A DNA stretch of 63,521 nt, counting the filler. It is 10 parts of 10 records of this genome, joined end to end, with 100 filler letters (N's around TTAATTAATTAA, not from the genome) between each part and the next. Parts side by side here need not be neighbours in the genome. Positions count along the whole stretch, not along the records: positions 1 to 12,559 come from SRR7504441_4774; positions 12,660 to 17,177 come from SRR7504441_4776; 8 more parts are not named here. One strand, 5' to 3'. The translations under genes and the position numbers were made by a program. The number at the start of each line of letters is the position of its first letter. The stretch's first letter is position 1. The notes under the pieces are model-generated. The model did no database searches. It was not told the DNA's origin and saw nothing but the letters and a program-made list of their open reading frames with translations. Below, one piece after another: positions 1 to 13,138 of this stretch.

Positions 1-3000
1 TCACCAGGAGCAGTAGCCTCTTCAGCTGCCGACTCCGGTTGACACAGCACTCTACTCTGACCTTCATTTGATCGCACCACTGCCAGTCCCCAGCCAGATT
101 CTGGCTTGTTGTCGTGTGGGACATCTTGAATCTCTGAATAAAGCCAAGTGCTGCTGTTGACTGCTGAAGTTTCAAGCAGTTTATGGAATGCAGCAGCATC
201 TTCAAAGTACCTGCACAAAAGGCATCGCGCTTAGGCAGCAAGCCAAGGAACAGCAGGGAGATGCCACAGAATGCAATTACAAGCCAAAGGTAGTAAGTAC
301 CTTTGAAACGAGCGGCGCTCGTTCACTTGAATAGCAGGCTTCGTCCCTTTACCATTCATGTATTCTAGGCATCTATGGGACACCCAAGAGGGTTTGTATC
401 CTTGAACAATTCGCCGAGCGAGTAAGTGTATGTCCCCATTGAGAAAGTGAATTTGCTCCATTCCCCTCAAGAATCGATCATGTGTGCCAAGATCTTGAAC
501 CATCGAAGCGGAAAAGCAAAATCCTCTCTGTATGATGTTACAATCAGTACTGACCAAAGCCATGAAACACGACTCAACGCGCTGTGGGGATGGATCATCT
601 GAGGAGGTACATTCATCCCAAGTTTGCCGAATTTGGCGTTCAACATAGGTAGCTTCTTCAGTGTCGAGCATGACTAGTCGAAGCAAATCTATTTCTCCAG
701 TTGGTGGAACCACGATCAAAATGTGATAGGCATACTGCAAGACACACACCAGATCAGTACGAGCAGTAAACCATCATCAGCATCAAGCAAAAGTTGACAT
801 GTGTACCTTCTGAAATGGCGATAGAAGAGCCGATCTGTGGAGCACGCAACTTTGTAATCTGTTTGAGATGAATATATAATCATCAAAGGCGATTCGTTTC
901 AAAGCACCAAGCTCTGCGTTGTTAGCAGTGGCGCTTTGAAGTCGCTGAAGCTTGCGACAGTTTGAACTTAAGAGATCCCACCGCAGCCAATCTGGCACCC
1001 CCCTCGCATCACACCACCAGTCACGTAGTGGTGCCAGTGCAGGTCTGTCTCCACGATACAAATCCATCATTGCGTCATACTGCATTTGCGTCTCAACCTG
1101 CATCTCCGTCTGCATTTCGATTTGTTCCTGCACATCAAGCACATGTGACTGCTGAAGATAACCATTCACTGCCTCTGGAAATCTATTTTCGACATTTTTC
1201 AGCAGTGAGGCCAGCAGCTGACCCGCATCAAGCTCTGCTGAGAATGCAAGTCTTAGGATCGGTTGCTGCTCGGCAGCTTCAGGAAACTGCATCTCTTTGT
1301 AATCACTGTGCGGCAAGTGGCTCACAAACTTGGTGTAGTGCCTGTGCAAAATTTCTTTCGAGGCACAAGAGGCTGCCGGAACCGAGAATTTTTCGAACGG
1401 TTTGGCTCCAGAGCTATGCACCAGTGCAGACTGAAAGGTTGACATCAGTTTCTTCACAAGGTCAAGGTTTTGACGCTCGTCCTGTATTGCAGCAAGCACT
1501 TGAGCTCTGGTCAAATTGTGAAACTTGTGTATTACAGCACACATGTTGTTCTCGGCTTGCTGCGTCGCTTGCGTCAGCAATACTTTGCATAAGAGTTGCT
1601 GAACATCCACCGGACCAGTGAGCAAGCTCTGATTGAGTAAAGTGTCTTTTATCACATAGTCGACTGCTTGGTTAGCACCTAGAAGGCGGAGCCGCATAAC
1701 GCCTTGCACCAGGTCGCGCATGTAGGTGCTTTCGTCCAGGGTCACAAGGGCTCGAGCAGAGGATGACTGCTGGATATCAGTGCCAGTTGTGTGTCGCTGA
1801 TCATAATACGTAAACAGCTGCTTTGGGGTACAACCAGTTTGTTCCTCGATCTTTTTTGCGTGTGTGGTTCCAATTAGGTCCTGGCGTCCATCTACAGAGA
1901 GTGCACAAAGTTGATCGTTGGAATTGAAGAAAAGAACCTTCCTGATATCCTGTAAAAGACAATATACTCACATCAGGTGGGACTATGGGTGACACCTTAA
2001 ATGAAGAATCCTTGCTGTCACGGAACCAAGCAGTTAGCAGAAGAGCAACATTTTCATTAGCTATTCCCTTGAAGAAGGCACCAACATCAATGATCGCATT
2101 GTAAATCGCGTGACCAAGCATGCTTGCTAACAAATCTTGTGGCTCAAGGTTGTTGCTGGCCATCCAAACAGAACTCTGAAGCTGGAGCATGCGATCTATC
2201 GTACGGCCGTCCGTTCCTGCATCGAGCTCGGTGAGTAGACTTTCTGAATATGTGTCACAATTCCATGCAGGAGTGCCAGAAAAGCCCTGCACTGAACGGA
2301 ACATCGATACCAAATTTTGCGAGTTGCTACATATTCGAGTGGTATACTCTCTGACCTGTGGTATTACAAGCAGCTCAAGAAAGGAATCCCGTGGGTTGTA
2401 CTTCTCGCTAGTCAGATCCCAATCACGACACTTGTTAATGGCGCTCTCAAATGTTTGCAAGTCCAGCTGCGAGGACGGATTTAAATTCAACAGCTTGAGA
2501 CCACAAGCTTGATTGAGGTCGTCTACTAGGGTTGTGACAAGACCCATAGATAGCTCCGCATCGGCCTCAACTTTGCGCTGCATCTCACACAAAAGTGCAT
2601 GGCAATGGGGAGTGCTCAAATTGTTTGAACGCGCGTATTGCAAGGTGTAACAGTAAGTCTCGAAAGGAGATCCGAAAGACGAGCCCTCCCTCGGTGTGTT
2701 GCTTGACACGTATGGAATTGCTGTGTAATGGTTTACATGACTGTGAGACATGCCAAAGTGCACATTCGAAGTCCTTTGAAGCAACGCCGGCATTAGCTCA
2801 CATAGCATGTGCCTGGACAGAGCTATTAGATTACAAACCAATAAATCTCGGTCGCTTCCATCAGCTAATCTTGTAAGTCTAGTCATGACTTCCTGAATGG
2901 CCTCAGTAGATGCTTGCGTTTGCTCGCCAGACAGGTACGACACAAGTGCATCAGAATCGAATCCATCACTCAGCAATATCTGCAGAACACACACATTTAC

Positions 3001-6000
3001 CACAGGACAAAAGAAAGTGTACAGGTCATTGCAAAGGCTAAGGCGCTATTCATAACTTTAGAAACTCGTTCTTAGTTCTCATGGATGTGCGTCTTCACAC
3101 CTGCTCATCACCCACATTGGCGAGATGAATGTTGAAGGAAGCATTGCTGATTGATTGTGCAAGCTGGGGCAACACATGCTTGAGATACTGCTCCTCGGAG
3201 ATTGATGTCTGGGTATCATGATGTAGTAGGTTGCCTACACGACAGGCTTCTGAGCCTTGAAAGTTTGGTATCTCGATTGCATCTAGCCACCCATAGATAG
3301 AACTGAGCAACTTCAACAGGTTGGGATCAACTGGCTCTGGCTCGCCAAAAGTGAAGTTCAGCTCGTGGCGACAATCAAGGATAGAATCGACCTCGTCGAT
3401 AAGCGCATCCCCTGACAAGCGAAGGACCCTAAGGATCTCAGACAGGGCTGATACTCGGTGCCACTCCTCTTGCAGTTCAGCTGACATCTGAACCGGAGAC
3501 GATGGTATGGACCTCTCTTCCTCTCCTGATTCTACTGACTGGTTTGCCTCTTTCACAGTAAGCGACATTGCCTCCTCGAGCGATTCTACTAGAGACAGCT
3601 CCAGGCTCTGAACTGCTTCTTCTGTTGTTACAACATAGTCCTGCCGAATGATCCAACTCCACAAATTGTCACGCAACTGCTCAAGGGCGCATGCAGAGGC
3701 ATGGTCAGACCGAGAACACTCCAGTAGGTGAGCAGTCTGCCCAAAGGTATCGTACGACGAAATCTGTAGGTCTGTAAAGGTGGTGTTCTGAAGTGCCAGT
3801 GGAACAACAATCAGGACGAGATTGTCACCTTCAGCTTTGCATTGAGCTAGGAGCGGAAGGAGAACTTTGGTCTTTCCCCCACCCATGATCAATTGCTGTA
3901 CGAGATTTTCAAACCCCGTATCTCCTTTCTTCAGAAGTCTAAGTAAGATTTGGGTCTGCTTCTCTCGAAGTGTGATGTCTGCAAAGTACTCATATGCCAG
4001 TAGCTGCCTGTTAGTCAACACACAGTACTCGCGTTTCATCACAAGATCACTTCGTAGCTCAACCAGCTGTCGCTGTCGCTCCTCGCCCTCCACAGTAGTG
4101 GCTGTCAACCTTTGAATGCGACCACAAACGCGTTCCATATGTTGTCTTCGCGTTGCCACCATCAATAGCTGACAAGTTATACTGAAAAGGTGCCCTGCTA
4201 ATTTGCGCGACATCTGACTATAGGTGCTAGCTTGGTAATCCTCCAACCTGTTGGAAATATAAAGCCCTATTGCATTTTGGACAGACAGTCTGTTACTCAC
4301 TCCTCCAACGCAATGCAGCCTGTGCAGACATTCGGCCTCTGCGCCATCCATGCGGTTGAGTAAATGTTCGATTTCATCCGAAAGATTTGTTTCCAAGTCT
4401 TTTGCCAGCGCAACCTCTTGCTGCAATACACGGTGAAGTTCCTCCAGCTTGCCTTCCTGATTTAGAATCGATGCAGATACCTCCTGTACTTCTTGTAAAC
4501 AGGCATTCTGAACTCGACCAATTTTCAAATCTTGTTGGACCTCATTCACCTTGTGTGGGATGAATGCGCGATGCCCTGTTCTGCATGACACATTGTCTAT
4601 TTGGAGTAATAAGGACTCATTCGACTGGACCTTATCACTGTCGATGGATCCTTTGAAGAACAGTTTAGCAGTATCTGATGTTCCAAATACCGCGTCGATT
4701 TCTTGTCTCAAAGATCCCTGTGCTGTCGTCCGTAGCATTTGCGCGATGGGCTCGTCTACTATAAGCCCTGTAGAAATCTCATCAGGTGTTGTTGATGTAC
4801 ACACTTCTGACTCTTCGGCATGGTAGGACACAGAAACAGGCGAGAAGATGTGGGACATCGTGAACTCTTTATGGGCGCCTGAGCGCCTGCAGGCACTAAC
4901 GACCCCTTTGATGAATTTAAGTACATCATTTGCATCTTTCCTTTGAAATGCAGGACATTCAGTGCGTGCTTCTGGGGAATGAACAAGGAACATGAGTATG
5001 GACCACAAGTGTTCGAACTTGACCTCGGGGACAGTCAGTGTCACAATCACAGCAACGTGTATAGCCAAATCTGGAGGTTCGCCCTGTCGAAGCTGTTCAT
5101 AAAAAGGGATGAACTGGCGAACAAGTATAGATGCAAGATTTCCATCATCTTCGGCTGCTGTGATCCCTTCTTGAATGCCTGCCAAAACGGAAGCATCCAA
5201 GCGAATATCCTTAGCAGCAACTACATTGAAGCTTGTGGCGATTGAAGCGCCTGTCCCGTGCTGCTCAGCAACAGGACGCACTAGCTTTGAAAGTTTTTCC
5301 TGGAGAAATTCAAGTCTTTCAGTACAGAGTGCAGAACTCGACCTTTTGGACAATGCTGACATTTCCTCGGTGATGACTTGCTTCTGTAGGCTGTACATGC
5401 GAAGGCGCATACGGGTGAGTTGAATGGTGTCATTTTGCAACTGACTGTTGTCGACTAACAGGAATCTCAAAACAGAGAGCTCCTCCTCATTTGTGAGACA
5501 AAAGTTCTGTTCAACATTTGCAATACCATCAAGATAGACGATGAAGAGCACGGTCAGTTGGTGCTGATAGTTCACTGCTTCGCTGTTAGCATAGTGCTGC
5601 TGACCACGGTGCGGCAGAGCTCGAGAAGCCCAAGCCACAGAACCCCAGAAATCATTGAGAAAGCTCTCCATCTGTTGTTGAGCTCTTTTACGCACACCAC
5701 CAGTGACAACCGACTTGGTAGATGCAGCATTGCTCTTGACGCGATTCCATGATGTATCTGACGCCAATTGGAAAATAGCTGCCAGCTTGAGCTGCAGGGC
5801 CAAAGCGGCAGGGGACGAATCCTGATTTGAACCGATGACTCCCTCGCATAGAGGCTTTCTGAGTGGTACATCTCCAGGGAGCATAAATATCCACATAAGT
5901 ATTTCAAGAGCCGACTGGTCGAGTTGTTTGCTCAAGCAACTGCATTTTTCGATTGCTCTTTTCGCAGTTTCATAATTCCTCTCGGCAAGGTGTATGTATA

Positions 6001-9000
6001 GAAGGTACAGCTGGCCTTCCAGGTCACTTGTGCTCAATTCTTTTGTGGAAAGATCATAATCATAAGTGAAGAATCTTTCTGTCCCAAACTGTAGGCACTC
6101 CAGAGCAACATTGCACAACGCAACAGATTCTGGATAGCCAGCAAAGTGACGTATCCAGTGATCAGGTTGGTCTAGTAGCACGTCATTCGTCCCAGAATCA
6201 AGACCGTTGTTGCGGAATGGGCGACGAGGTAGTAAGATCTTGCAAGCTGTCGGACTTGAAGACTGTGGGTTGATTTTGACCTGGTTGGATTTCTTACAAA
6301 GAAGAAGTGCGATCTGTGACACTGCTGCAGTCCAGAATGGGCTCTCCCACTTGGATGTGTTCAAAACGAATTGTGTATCAGAACTCCATGAAAGTTGATT
6401 ACTATCCTCAGAGAGCTCAAACTGAAGAGAATATCGAGGAAAATGTAACACATTCGGCAAGTATTCGTCACAGCTGGCATTCTCCCCTGCTTGCCATTGC
6501 AAGGTGAATTCTGAATGGTCGAAGTGATTCAGGCAAAGTCTTTCTGTACCAGTATTCAAATCTGAATACAACTTCATCTCACTGCATTTTTGAAGCTGGG
6601 GGTCGATCTTTTGTAGCGATACACCATTGCTAACAGCGTATGGTACCTGCATTTTGTCAACACAACATGTAATAAGCAAAGACTCAGAGCTGGTCCAGTG
6701 ACAGAATTCAGTTCCACACAGAACTAAAGGCACTCCTTGGTGCTTCGATTGGTCCACCAGTTGATACCATCGACCTTCATACAAGATTTGGATAGCAACT
6801 TTGTTGTCTGGTGCAAACATTACCCGATAGGTACGGTGAGCACTAACAAACTCAAAGGCACGATCTAATGGAGAAGCCCACGACCAGTACCGCACCTCCC
6901 CAAATATCTTTTTGTAGCCAGGCAGTTGTAGGACCGTGGATGGGAGTAGTTTGCGCGTCGAGACATCTCTCTGGACAGTTCCATTGGAGAGGTCAAACCA
7001 ATAGTTCAAAGGATCAGAGGTATCCTGTCTTGTGTGCTGCAAGTGAGCCACAATGAACTGCTCGGTGCTACCTGGCTCAGACTTGTGCATCGACCAAGTG
7101 CTGTTTCCATCATGGCAATCTGCATGCTTTGCCAAATCATCCAGGATCAGCTTTTGCCAGTGCTTTGCATCAGAGCACCCAAAGAGTTTGTGCAAGGCGG
7201 AACTTCGCTGCGTAGAATTTGTTGTACTGTTCTGAAGCTCTTGCATGAACCGAGTTTCCGTAGCGTCACCCTCTTGACTGTTGGCATAAAAGATGTGGGT
7301 TACAGCCTGATGCAAAATCGAACCCAGCCTGTCGAGATCCAATGCAGCCATGTCTGTTGGAGGAATGGCAGTCGACACCTGGAGAACAGCAAGGAAATGC
7401 AGTGCTGCTTGCATCCATCCTGAGATCTTAGATGAGTTCGTCCTGGTAGCATCTAGTAAATCTGTGATGATAGTCCCAACTCTCTGTTGAAGGTTTAGGA
7501 ACGGCTGCTCATATGGAATCAGACGAGAATCGACCTTGGCTGTGTGAATAGCAAAGTTCATGACAAGTTGCGACAACCGAAGAAAGAAAAGCAAGCCAGA
7601 GTTGACTATAGGCCACGATTTCGATAGTCTCCTTATGCCGGAAAAACAACTGATACCGGAGTCACAGAAAGCAAGAAGCTGCAGTAGAAGAACAGGCTCG
7701 CCGTACAGTGCCACCAGCAGATACGGTGGTGAAAAAAGAATTGCGAAGAGCATGTCCTGGAAATCTTCTGAATCCAAAAGCTCCATATGCTCACAAAACA
7801 CTTGCAGCGCGATTCCAATCCTTGCCTCAGGGGGGGCTTTCCAGCAGTGTCGCAGATGGTGCTCTAGCTCATCAGAGATAAGCATGCATGATTCTGGAAG
7901 CGTGGGCTCCTTCATGGCAACATAATGATAAGTGGTCTGGATCTCACTGCCATTTGGTCTGTAATCTCCTGGCTCAACCACAGCCCTGAGCTGGGGATGG
8001 ACCAGCTCAAGTGCTGGCACGGTTGAGGCTGGGTGAATCATGAAATTAGGTGACACTGCCACCCTCACTCTGACTGAGCCCGATTGACTTGACCAATGAG
8101 GTTCAAACAACACTGAGGGCCAACCATGAGCAACAGGACTGTGACACGATCCAACAGCAAGCATGGATGCCATCACCAGTCCGCTCCTTAGCGCAGATAC
8201 CTCATGGCTGATGAGGTCACCCTTGTGGTTGCGGATGAATTCTGCAAGTACTAGCTCGTCCCTGGTAGCACCTTGTTTGTACTGCAGTATGCCATCCTCG
8301 ACATGCAGAGCGCCTAAAGCCCAGTCTAGATCGCTAAACTCCGGGGGGATTGAGCAATTCTCCCATATCTGCTGATCACTCGATCGCTCAACTTCTGGCT
8401 TCTGGGCTTCTGCTACATTCTGGACATCAATCTTCTCCTGCAGCTTCTTTTCCAAATCGGAGAATCGTGACCACAATGATGTGCGATGTTTCCTGAAGTC
8501 TGACAGCTGACTGTGCCAAGTCAAGTCTTGTGGCTCGAGAACTCGTCGAGGTCCAAGGATTGTTTCAGTAGTTTTTGCAGTCGTGCCTGCTTTGGCATCG
8601 GCAACCTTGTTATGGACCTGAACACAGGTTAAGGTGAGCGGCTATCTACTGTGTGTGGGCCGGATTCACCTGCCACCGCGCCCATGGCAATCCCAAGAGA
8701 GGTACACTGCTGGAGTCTTCACATTGCCCCATCACCGTATCATAGTAACGTAGGAGCGTGCAGGCGTGCTCATGTAATGGAGCTGAGGCCTCTGCAAGCA
8801 CAGGATCCCCACAAAGCAATGTGGTGAGTGAGTCATGGGACACAATGAACATTTTGGTTGAAGCAGTTGCTCTATTGTGTCGACAAGCAAGATGATGCAG
8901 TATGGCAGCCGCACTGTAGACTGCAATTGTTATGCGGAATGCACTAGTGTTGCTATCCTTAACACAGTGTATGCTACAAGCTATCACCATGAGTAGATCA

Positions 9001-11600
9001 TGGACCACAGTGATCATCTCCTGTTGGTTGTTGCCAATTTCAAATGGCCAAGCATCTCCCGAGTTTGCCTCAATGGGAGGTACGGGTAAAAGACACAACA
9101 GTTCTATTGCAGTATAAAGTGCATGCTGAAACTCCTGACCACTGCACCAACTGCGGCACTGCTCAAGCCACTGCTTCAGCTCACCAAGCTTTGGGCAAGC
9201 GCCAGGAAGCTGTATGATCTGCATTCCAATCACTCAGTTCGGAATTACGACGTCCCTCAGACTAGTCACCTTTTGTGTAGTGAGCGCTTCAAGTCCTGGC
9301 ACCTCAGGCGAGGTTGCACTGGGCTGCTGTATAGGATGCAGAACAGGTACACTAGCCTTGTATTCTGCAAGCTTCAAACCTGCAATCGCACTCCACGGGA
9401 TCCAGCTCTGTTCAGACTCTGTATTTGTAGATGTCGTAATTCGGTCTAGGAGGCACGCGATTTGGTTTGCTGCTTCAAGAGTGCACCAGCCAGCCTTCTT
9501 GGCTTTGAGGCAGCTCCGAGCAACTTTGCGTGCGCCAACCTGCACAAGCTTCACGTGCTTGTTAGATGGACTTTTCCCCAGTATTCGTTGGGCAAGAGCT
9601 GCAACAGAGTCCACTCCAATCGCAAGCTTGAGATGCTTCACTTGCTCAACACTCATGCTGGAGGCTCGGAGTAGCATCATGACACAACGCCAACTTGATG
9701 TCAGTGAACGCTGAGGTTTCATCTGCACCCAAAAGACATTGGTATCTCAATTACAAAGCACGCAAAAGATTCACCAGAATCGGCTCAGTTTGTCGGGTAG
9801 CTTTCAGTGCCTGCATTGTTGAATCGAGTGTTTCATACAGTTGCCGTGGATCCATGCCTGAAGCTTGCGACTGGATAGGCCCAATAGTCAGATTGTAACA
9901 AGATAGCAAATGTGACCTGAAGAAGCGTGAATACTAGTTGGAGAAGGGTCGGTGTTGCTGCAAGGTGATCGCCAGAATCAATTAGCAAGATTACACTGCC
10001 AGTCAGTCCATTAGCCATTTTGCAAAGCAGAATTGTGGTACCTTGAGATTCCCTTGTAGCTCAGCATTGGATATCTCAGCAATTTAGTTTCATGCAGGGC
10101 CCACGGGTGGAAATTCATTGCTTCGCCGCCACAGTTGAGCAGTGACAATGTAAGCGTGGAGCGCGAGTCATCGCAGAACGCAAGCCTATAAAGCATTGAG
10201 TGGGTACCGAACCCACCAGGTATAAATATGCTGGTCCCATGGCCTAGAAGCTGCAGCTGTGCGGTCATCGAGGGATGATTCCCGAGCTCAGATGGTGTTT
10301 CGCAGGCTGTCGCTCGGCACATTGCACTTAGTCCATCTAGTTGTGCAACAATATCTGTGAGCGTTGCTTTGTTGGGCTCTAGATCGATCAGCAGTTTTGA
10401 TGTCGTGCTACAGTCCCCAGAGAGCAGGGCTTTTAGCCAGCCACTCGCGTATCTTGCTGCCTCCTGTAGCCCCGAACAGCCTTCAAGCTCACTTCCCCGA
10501 ATATGCACCTCGCCAATTACCGCAGCAGCCAACTCTGCTGATATGTCACCAAGAGCCTCCTCGGGCCTATGTGTTTCTGTTGCGGTCACCGGTGTCTGCC
10601 ATGCGCTGCGCAGCGAATTGACTGACTTTGCTTCACAGACTGAAAGGCTGGTACTAATAGAATCAAGCCCACGTAAGGCTGCAATGAGGGCAGCACCACT
10701 TGTCCCATGAACAGCTGTAGGGAGCAGTTCCGCATCAATCGAGAGCTCGGCCAGTTCAGGCTGCTGGAGCAGTTGCTGTGGGAAGTCACGGAGAGGGTTG
10801 CACACTACAGAAAATGTGGACAGCTTAGCAGGCAAGACCACTGAGCACTCGGCCAGCATGTTGTGGCTAACATCTAGCGCCGTAAGCTCTGGTGTCTCCA
10901 ACTTCGGCAGGCTGTGGAGGTGATTGTGCGAGACATCGAGCTGCGTCAGCTTGGTGAGCGTGTTGAGGGCTGCACCTTGAAGCTTGCTGAACCGATTGTG
11001 TGACAGGACAAGTGACGTGAGGCCCGGCGGTAGGGGCACAGCAAGGTCGCAGAGACAGTTGTGACTCAGGTCAAGTGACGTGATAGAACTGCTCTGAGCC
11101 ACCGAGGCGAACTGCGCGCTCAGCGGCTGTGTGGCGGTCCGGCTGAGGTCAAGCTGACCGGTCTGCAGCCCGCTCTCGAAGCAAACTTGCTGTTGCAGCG
11201 CCATCGCCACGAGCTGCATGACCTCCAGCGCCGAAAAGTCCGAGCGGAGCTCCAGCTGGCGACCCTGGACCAGGTCAGTGCCGAAGCTGAGCTGGCAGAC
11301 AGTCCAGTTGTCCGCCCCGGTGGGGTCGATGTCCAGTTTGAACTGCGTACAGCCGCACCGAGTGCCATAGTACCACTCCAGCAGGAATTGCAGCGCCGAC
11401 GGACCACCCTCCGTGGACTGGATGTGTGGGCTGCACAAGTTGCGCAGCAGTGGCAAGAGCGGCTCGGCGAGAGCGGCAGCATCGCCAGACTGCACCAGGC
11501 TCAGCGAGGTAGCTGCGTTTGTCCCAACCCGAAACGAGAGCCACTGCACCAGCACTCTCTGTGCATCGACGCTGAGCGCCTGTCTGCGCTCCTCCCCCAT
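1..11600 (-). CDS. Giant multi-exon protein (>3,600 aa, 3' end beyond window): N-terminal LRRs, putative cysteine-protease-like segment, DUF3638-type SecA-like SF2 ATPase
   Basis: ORF-track pieces join in frame through GT-AG introns at 9996-10041, 9871-9916, 9723-9774, 9219-9269, 8618-8669, 2980-3100, 1950-1995, 735-806 and 211-300. LRRs LDLSHN/LDVSHN; Walker A QLIMGGGKT; Walker B LIDEVDSILD; GFSGTP; YYDQRHTTGTDI; LVQGVMRLR. Confidence 0.8.
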
Positions 11601-11712
11601 TCAGCTCAGCATGGCCCCGAGAACACCGTTCTGCCGCACCGAGCGGTCGGGCCGATCCCTGTGGTCGGTGCCGGGCAAGCCAAACTCACCGGCAGACCGG
11701 TGGAACTGATCA

Positions 11713-11791
11713 TGATTCACCTTTGATGAGTCACCTGCCCTGCGCTGACTCAGTCAGTCTCTCGGCGAGCTCAGCGGCTCAGCGGCTGAGC
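11713..11791. promoter_or_regulatory. Cluster of bZIP (AP-1/GCN4-like) palindromes upstream of the giant gene
   Basis: TGATTCA 11713-11719, TGAGTCA 11727-11733, TGACTCA 11746-11752, then three GCT(C/G)AGC copies at 11769-11791. Function is inferred only. Confidence 0.3.
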
Positions 11792-11933
11792 ACCTACTCG
11801 TACCTAGGTACAAGTAACTGCCGTGTATCAATATACCTACACTGAGCTACTGTACATGTACATGTAAACGCCAACAGAGGTTTTCTAATTAATATTGATA
11901 ATATATGACAGTTACCTCTACGGTAACCGATCA

Positions 11934-12349
11934 TCATTCGACATTATACAAATAGTTTGGTAGTTTGACCCCCCGGCCGACACAACATCCAGTCAAGTCA
12001 CACTCTTGATCCCCAACAGTGATCGCGATCATGTACCATCTAGAGATCCAAGCTCGTGCTCGAGATTTAAACTCGGCTATAGGCACATGTGCAGCGTATT
12101 CAGCCACCTGCACAATGCAAGTGGTCACTGAGGGGCTAGTCACTACGCTACCTCCGAAATGCTCTCAGGCAAGAGATGAAGCCAGCACATTGCTGGAGAG
12201 GCCTCCGCAGCTCTGTACGTGTGCGGGACGCACTTAGTACTTTGTCCACAGTCGTGATCCTGTGCTTCCGCGCCGCTCGCACCCGCCGCCAACAGCGCCT
12301 GAAGCCTCGCGATATCCTCATCCGCCTGCCTGAGGTGCTTCTTCGGCAT
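11934..12349 (-). CDS. Possible small hypothetical protein or gene remnant, weakly F-box-like
   Basis: Two short ORFs join through a 44-nt GT-AG intron (12108-12151) to give LHLLPESISEVAEYAAHV. Confidence 0.25.
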
Positions 12350-12559
12350 CAGTGCTGCCCCGACGAGTGGTACACAGATCCAGAAGCAGGTTGGCTAAAA
12401 TTCCGTGTCAATCCCGGTGAGGGCAACAGGAAAGAAAGCTAAAAGAAAGCGGATGCACTGAAAACTGTACTTGTAAGACGCGCACAGCTCAAGACCCATG
12501 GAAGCACGCAACGCAGGATGACATAGCTTAGAGAGACTCAAATCACTTTATTGGCAAAG

Positions 12560-12659
12560 NNNNNNNNNNNNNNNNNNNNNNNNNNNNNNNNNNNNNNNNN
12601 NNNTTAATTAATTAANNNNNNNNNNNNNNNNNNNNNNNNNNNNNNNNNNNNNNNNNNNN
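12560..12659. other. Artificial contig spacer
   Basis: N44-TTAATTAATTAA-N44; stop codons in all six frames. Confidence 0.98.
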
Positions 12660-13138
12660 AGAACACAGGGCCGGGGCTTTAAGGGATAATTATGTTTGGA
12701 TAGCTTCCTCAACAACAATGTCATGATTGCTAGCAGATTTTAAGTAACGAGTAAACAGGTTATAAGATCACATGGCCACTTATATATTCACCCTGCACGG
12801 TATCCGATCGGTCATGATTTTGGTCCTTGCATGTACCGTGCACGTACGTACGTACATGTACCGTGCACTCAGTGCGCCGGCGGCGAACTGGGTCGCTACT
12901 AGAGGACGACACCTCGACAGTCCGCCACGCACTGTTCCAGCATTCAGCGGATCTAACGCTCTTCTCCCTCTTTCTCCCGCTCTCGCTCTCTGCGCTCCCG
13001 CACGGCCCGCCAAAGTTCCTACCTGCTCCCGCTGTCTTTGCACGAGCACCTCCGAGCCTCGTTGAGCCTCGCTTTCTCTGCTGCTGTCAGTGCGCTCCAG
13101 CACGGCCACCTCTTGGTCCGCAAAAAAAGCAGCTAATC

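Noticed and set aside
735-10041. Fragmented ORFs as pseudogenes or programmed frameshifts
   Set aside because: Every break is resolved by a GT-AG intron that restores the frame.
11601-11713. TGA read as Trp (in-frame TGA just before ATG 11600; also 18480-18482)
   Set aside because: Long exons such as the 1,809-aa ORF contain many TGG and no in-frame TGA, and the other apparent internal stops fall inside well-formed introns.
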